Under the pieces are notes generated by a model. It saw only the letters and a program-made list of their open reading frames with translations. It did no database searches and had not been told where the DNA came from. 64,000 bases of DNA, taken from Octopus sinensis (taxonomy: Eukaryota). Of this stretch, positions 63,085 to 64,000 are shown piece by piece. Position numbers and translations under genes: made by a program. The stretch spans positions 18,476,001-18,540,000 of the forward strand of contig NC_043018.1 in assembly GCF_006345805.1 (NCBI RefSeq), given 5' to 3'. Position 1 is the first letter of the stretch. Each line of letters starts with the position of its first letter.

Positions 63085-63640
63085 CATCTTGAAGTTAAGG
63101 TAGCCTCCTGACTTTTTGAACCAGCATGGAGTGGTGATGATGGATTTTCTGACAAAGGCACCACAATTAATGGAGCATATTATGCTTCTCTGCTGCAGAA
63201 ATAACAGGATGCCATCAAAGTAGGCAGGTGTGGCATGCTGACCAAAGGAGTCTGCCTCCTCCAAGACAAAATCCCAGTTCACAATGCACGTGTCATTCAG
63301 ATGAAAGCTCACTCCTGTGGCTATGAAATCTTTCCTCATCCTCCTTACTCTCCTGACCTCAACACCATCTGACCTCCACCTCTTTCTAACCATGAACTCT
63401 TTTTTGAAAAGAAAGCACTTTTCAGATGATGATGAACTTATTTCCGATGTAAAGCCTTGGCTCCAGACACAACCTACTGACTTCTACTGACGAGGTCTTC
63501 ACAGTTGCAGAAAGCGATGGGAAAAGTATGTCACCATTGGTAGTAGCTATTTAGAGAAGGACTAATAATTATGCCAAGCTTCATTTATCCCAGTTCTTGG
63601 GAAGTGGGTCAGGGAAAAGCTTTAATGAACACCCCCTGTA
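63085..63640 (+). pseudogene. Mariner (DD34D) transposase 3' relic with right TIR
   Basis: GVVMMDFL/KGTTINGAYYASLL...LLQDKIPVHNA...EIFPHPPYSPDL/PSDLHLF...RWEKYVTIGSSYLEKD*, with stops and frameshifts. Ends GAACACCCCCTGTA. Confidence 0.88.
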
Positions 63641-63708
63641 CATACATATGTATGTATGTGTATGTGTGAGTGTGTATACCCACACACACATATACATATG
63701 TATGTATA

Positions 63709-63763
<55 letters not shown>

Positions 63764-63939
63764 GTATGTTTATGTGTGTGTGAATAAATATATACATATG
63801 TATATGTATGTGTGTATATATACACATATACATATGCATGTATGTGTGTGTGTGTATATATACACACACAAGCACATAAATATGATAGCACATATGTGTG
63901 GGTGCATGGTAAACATAATGAATATTCTCATTGTTATTA

Positions 63940-63970
<31 letters not shown>

Positions 63971-64000
63971 CATTATTATTATTATCATTATTATTATTAT

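Overview
AT-rich, microsatellite-dense eukaryotic DNA. The repeat families point to an octopus/coleoid cephalopod genome (inference). The only host-gene sequence I can support is one 121-bp minus-strand exon (51899-52019) carrying the SAC phosphatase catalytic motif CVDCLDRT, best matching INPP5F/SAC2, so most or all of the window is probably intronic. The rest is layered mobile DNA. (1) A 5'-truncated, frameshifted RTE-clade LINE (~28798-32087) with an RT domain, a PHD-like finger and a repeat-built 3' UTR, plus related 3' fragments. One of these has a twin-priming-type 5' inversion and one has an expanded 63-bp VNTR and a 10-bp TSD. (2) R4/Dong-like RLE-domain fragments and non-coding elements that sit in (TAA)n arrays. 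(3) Mariner (DD34D) and maT (DD37D) transposase relics. (4) piggyBac-type TTAA MITEs and Helitron-like elements. (5) At least three tRNA-derived SINE families, some as head-to-tail multimers. (6) Foldback palindromes and local tandem duplications. (7) A Penelope-like terminal fragment containing a minimal type I hammerhead ribozyme motif (62341-62375). Nearly all ORFs in the supplied track are microsatellite artefacts. All alignments and family assignments were made by eye.
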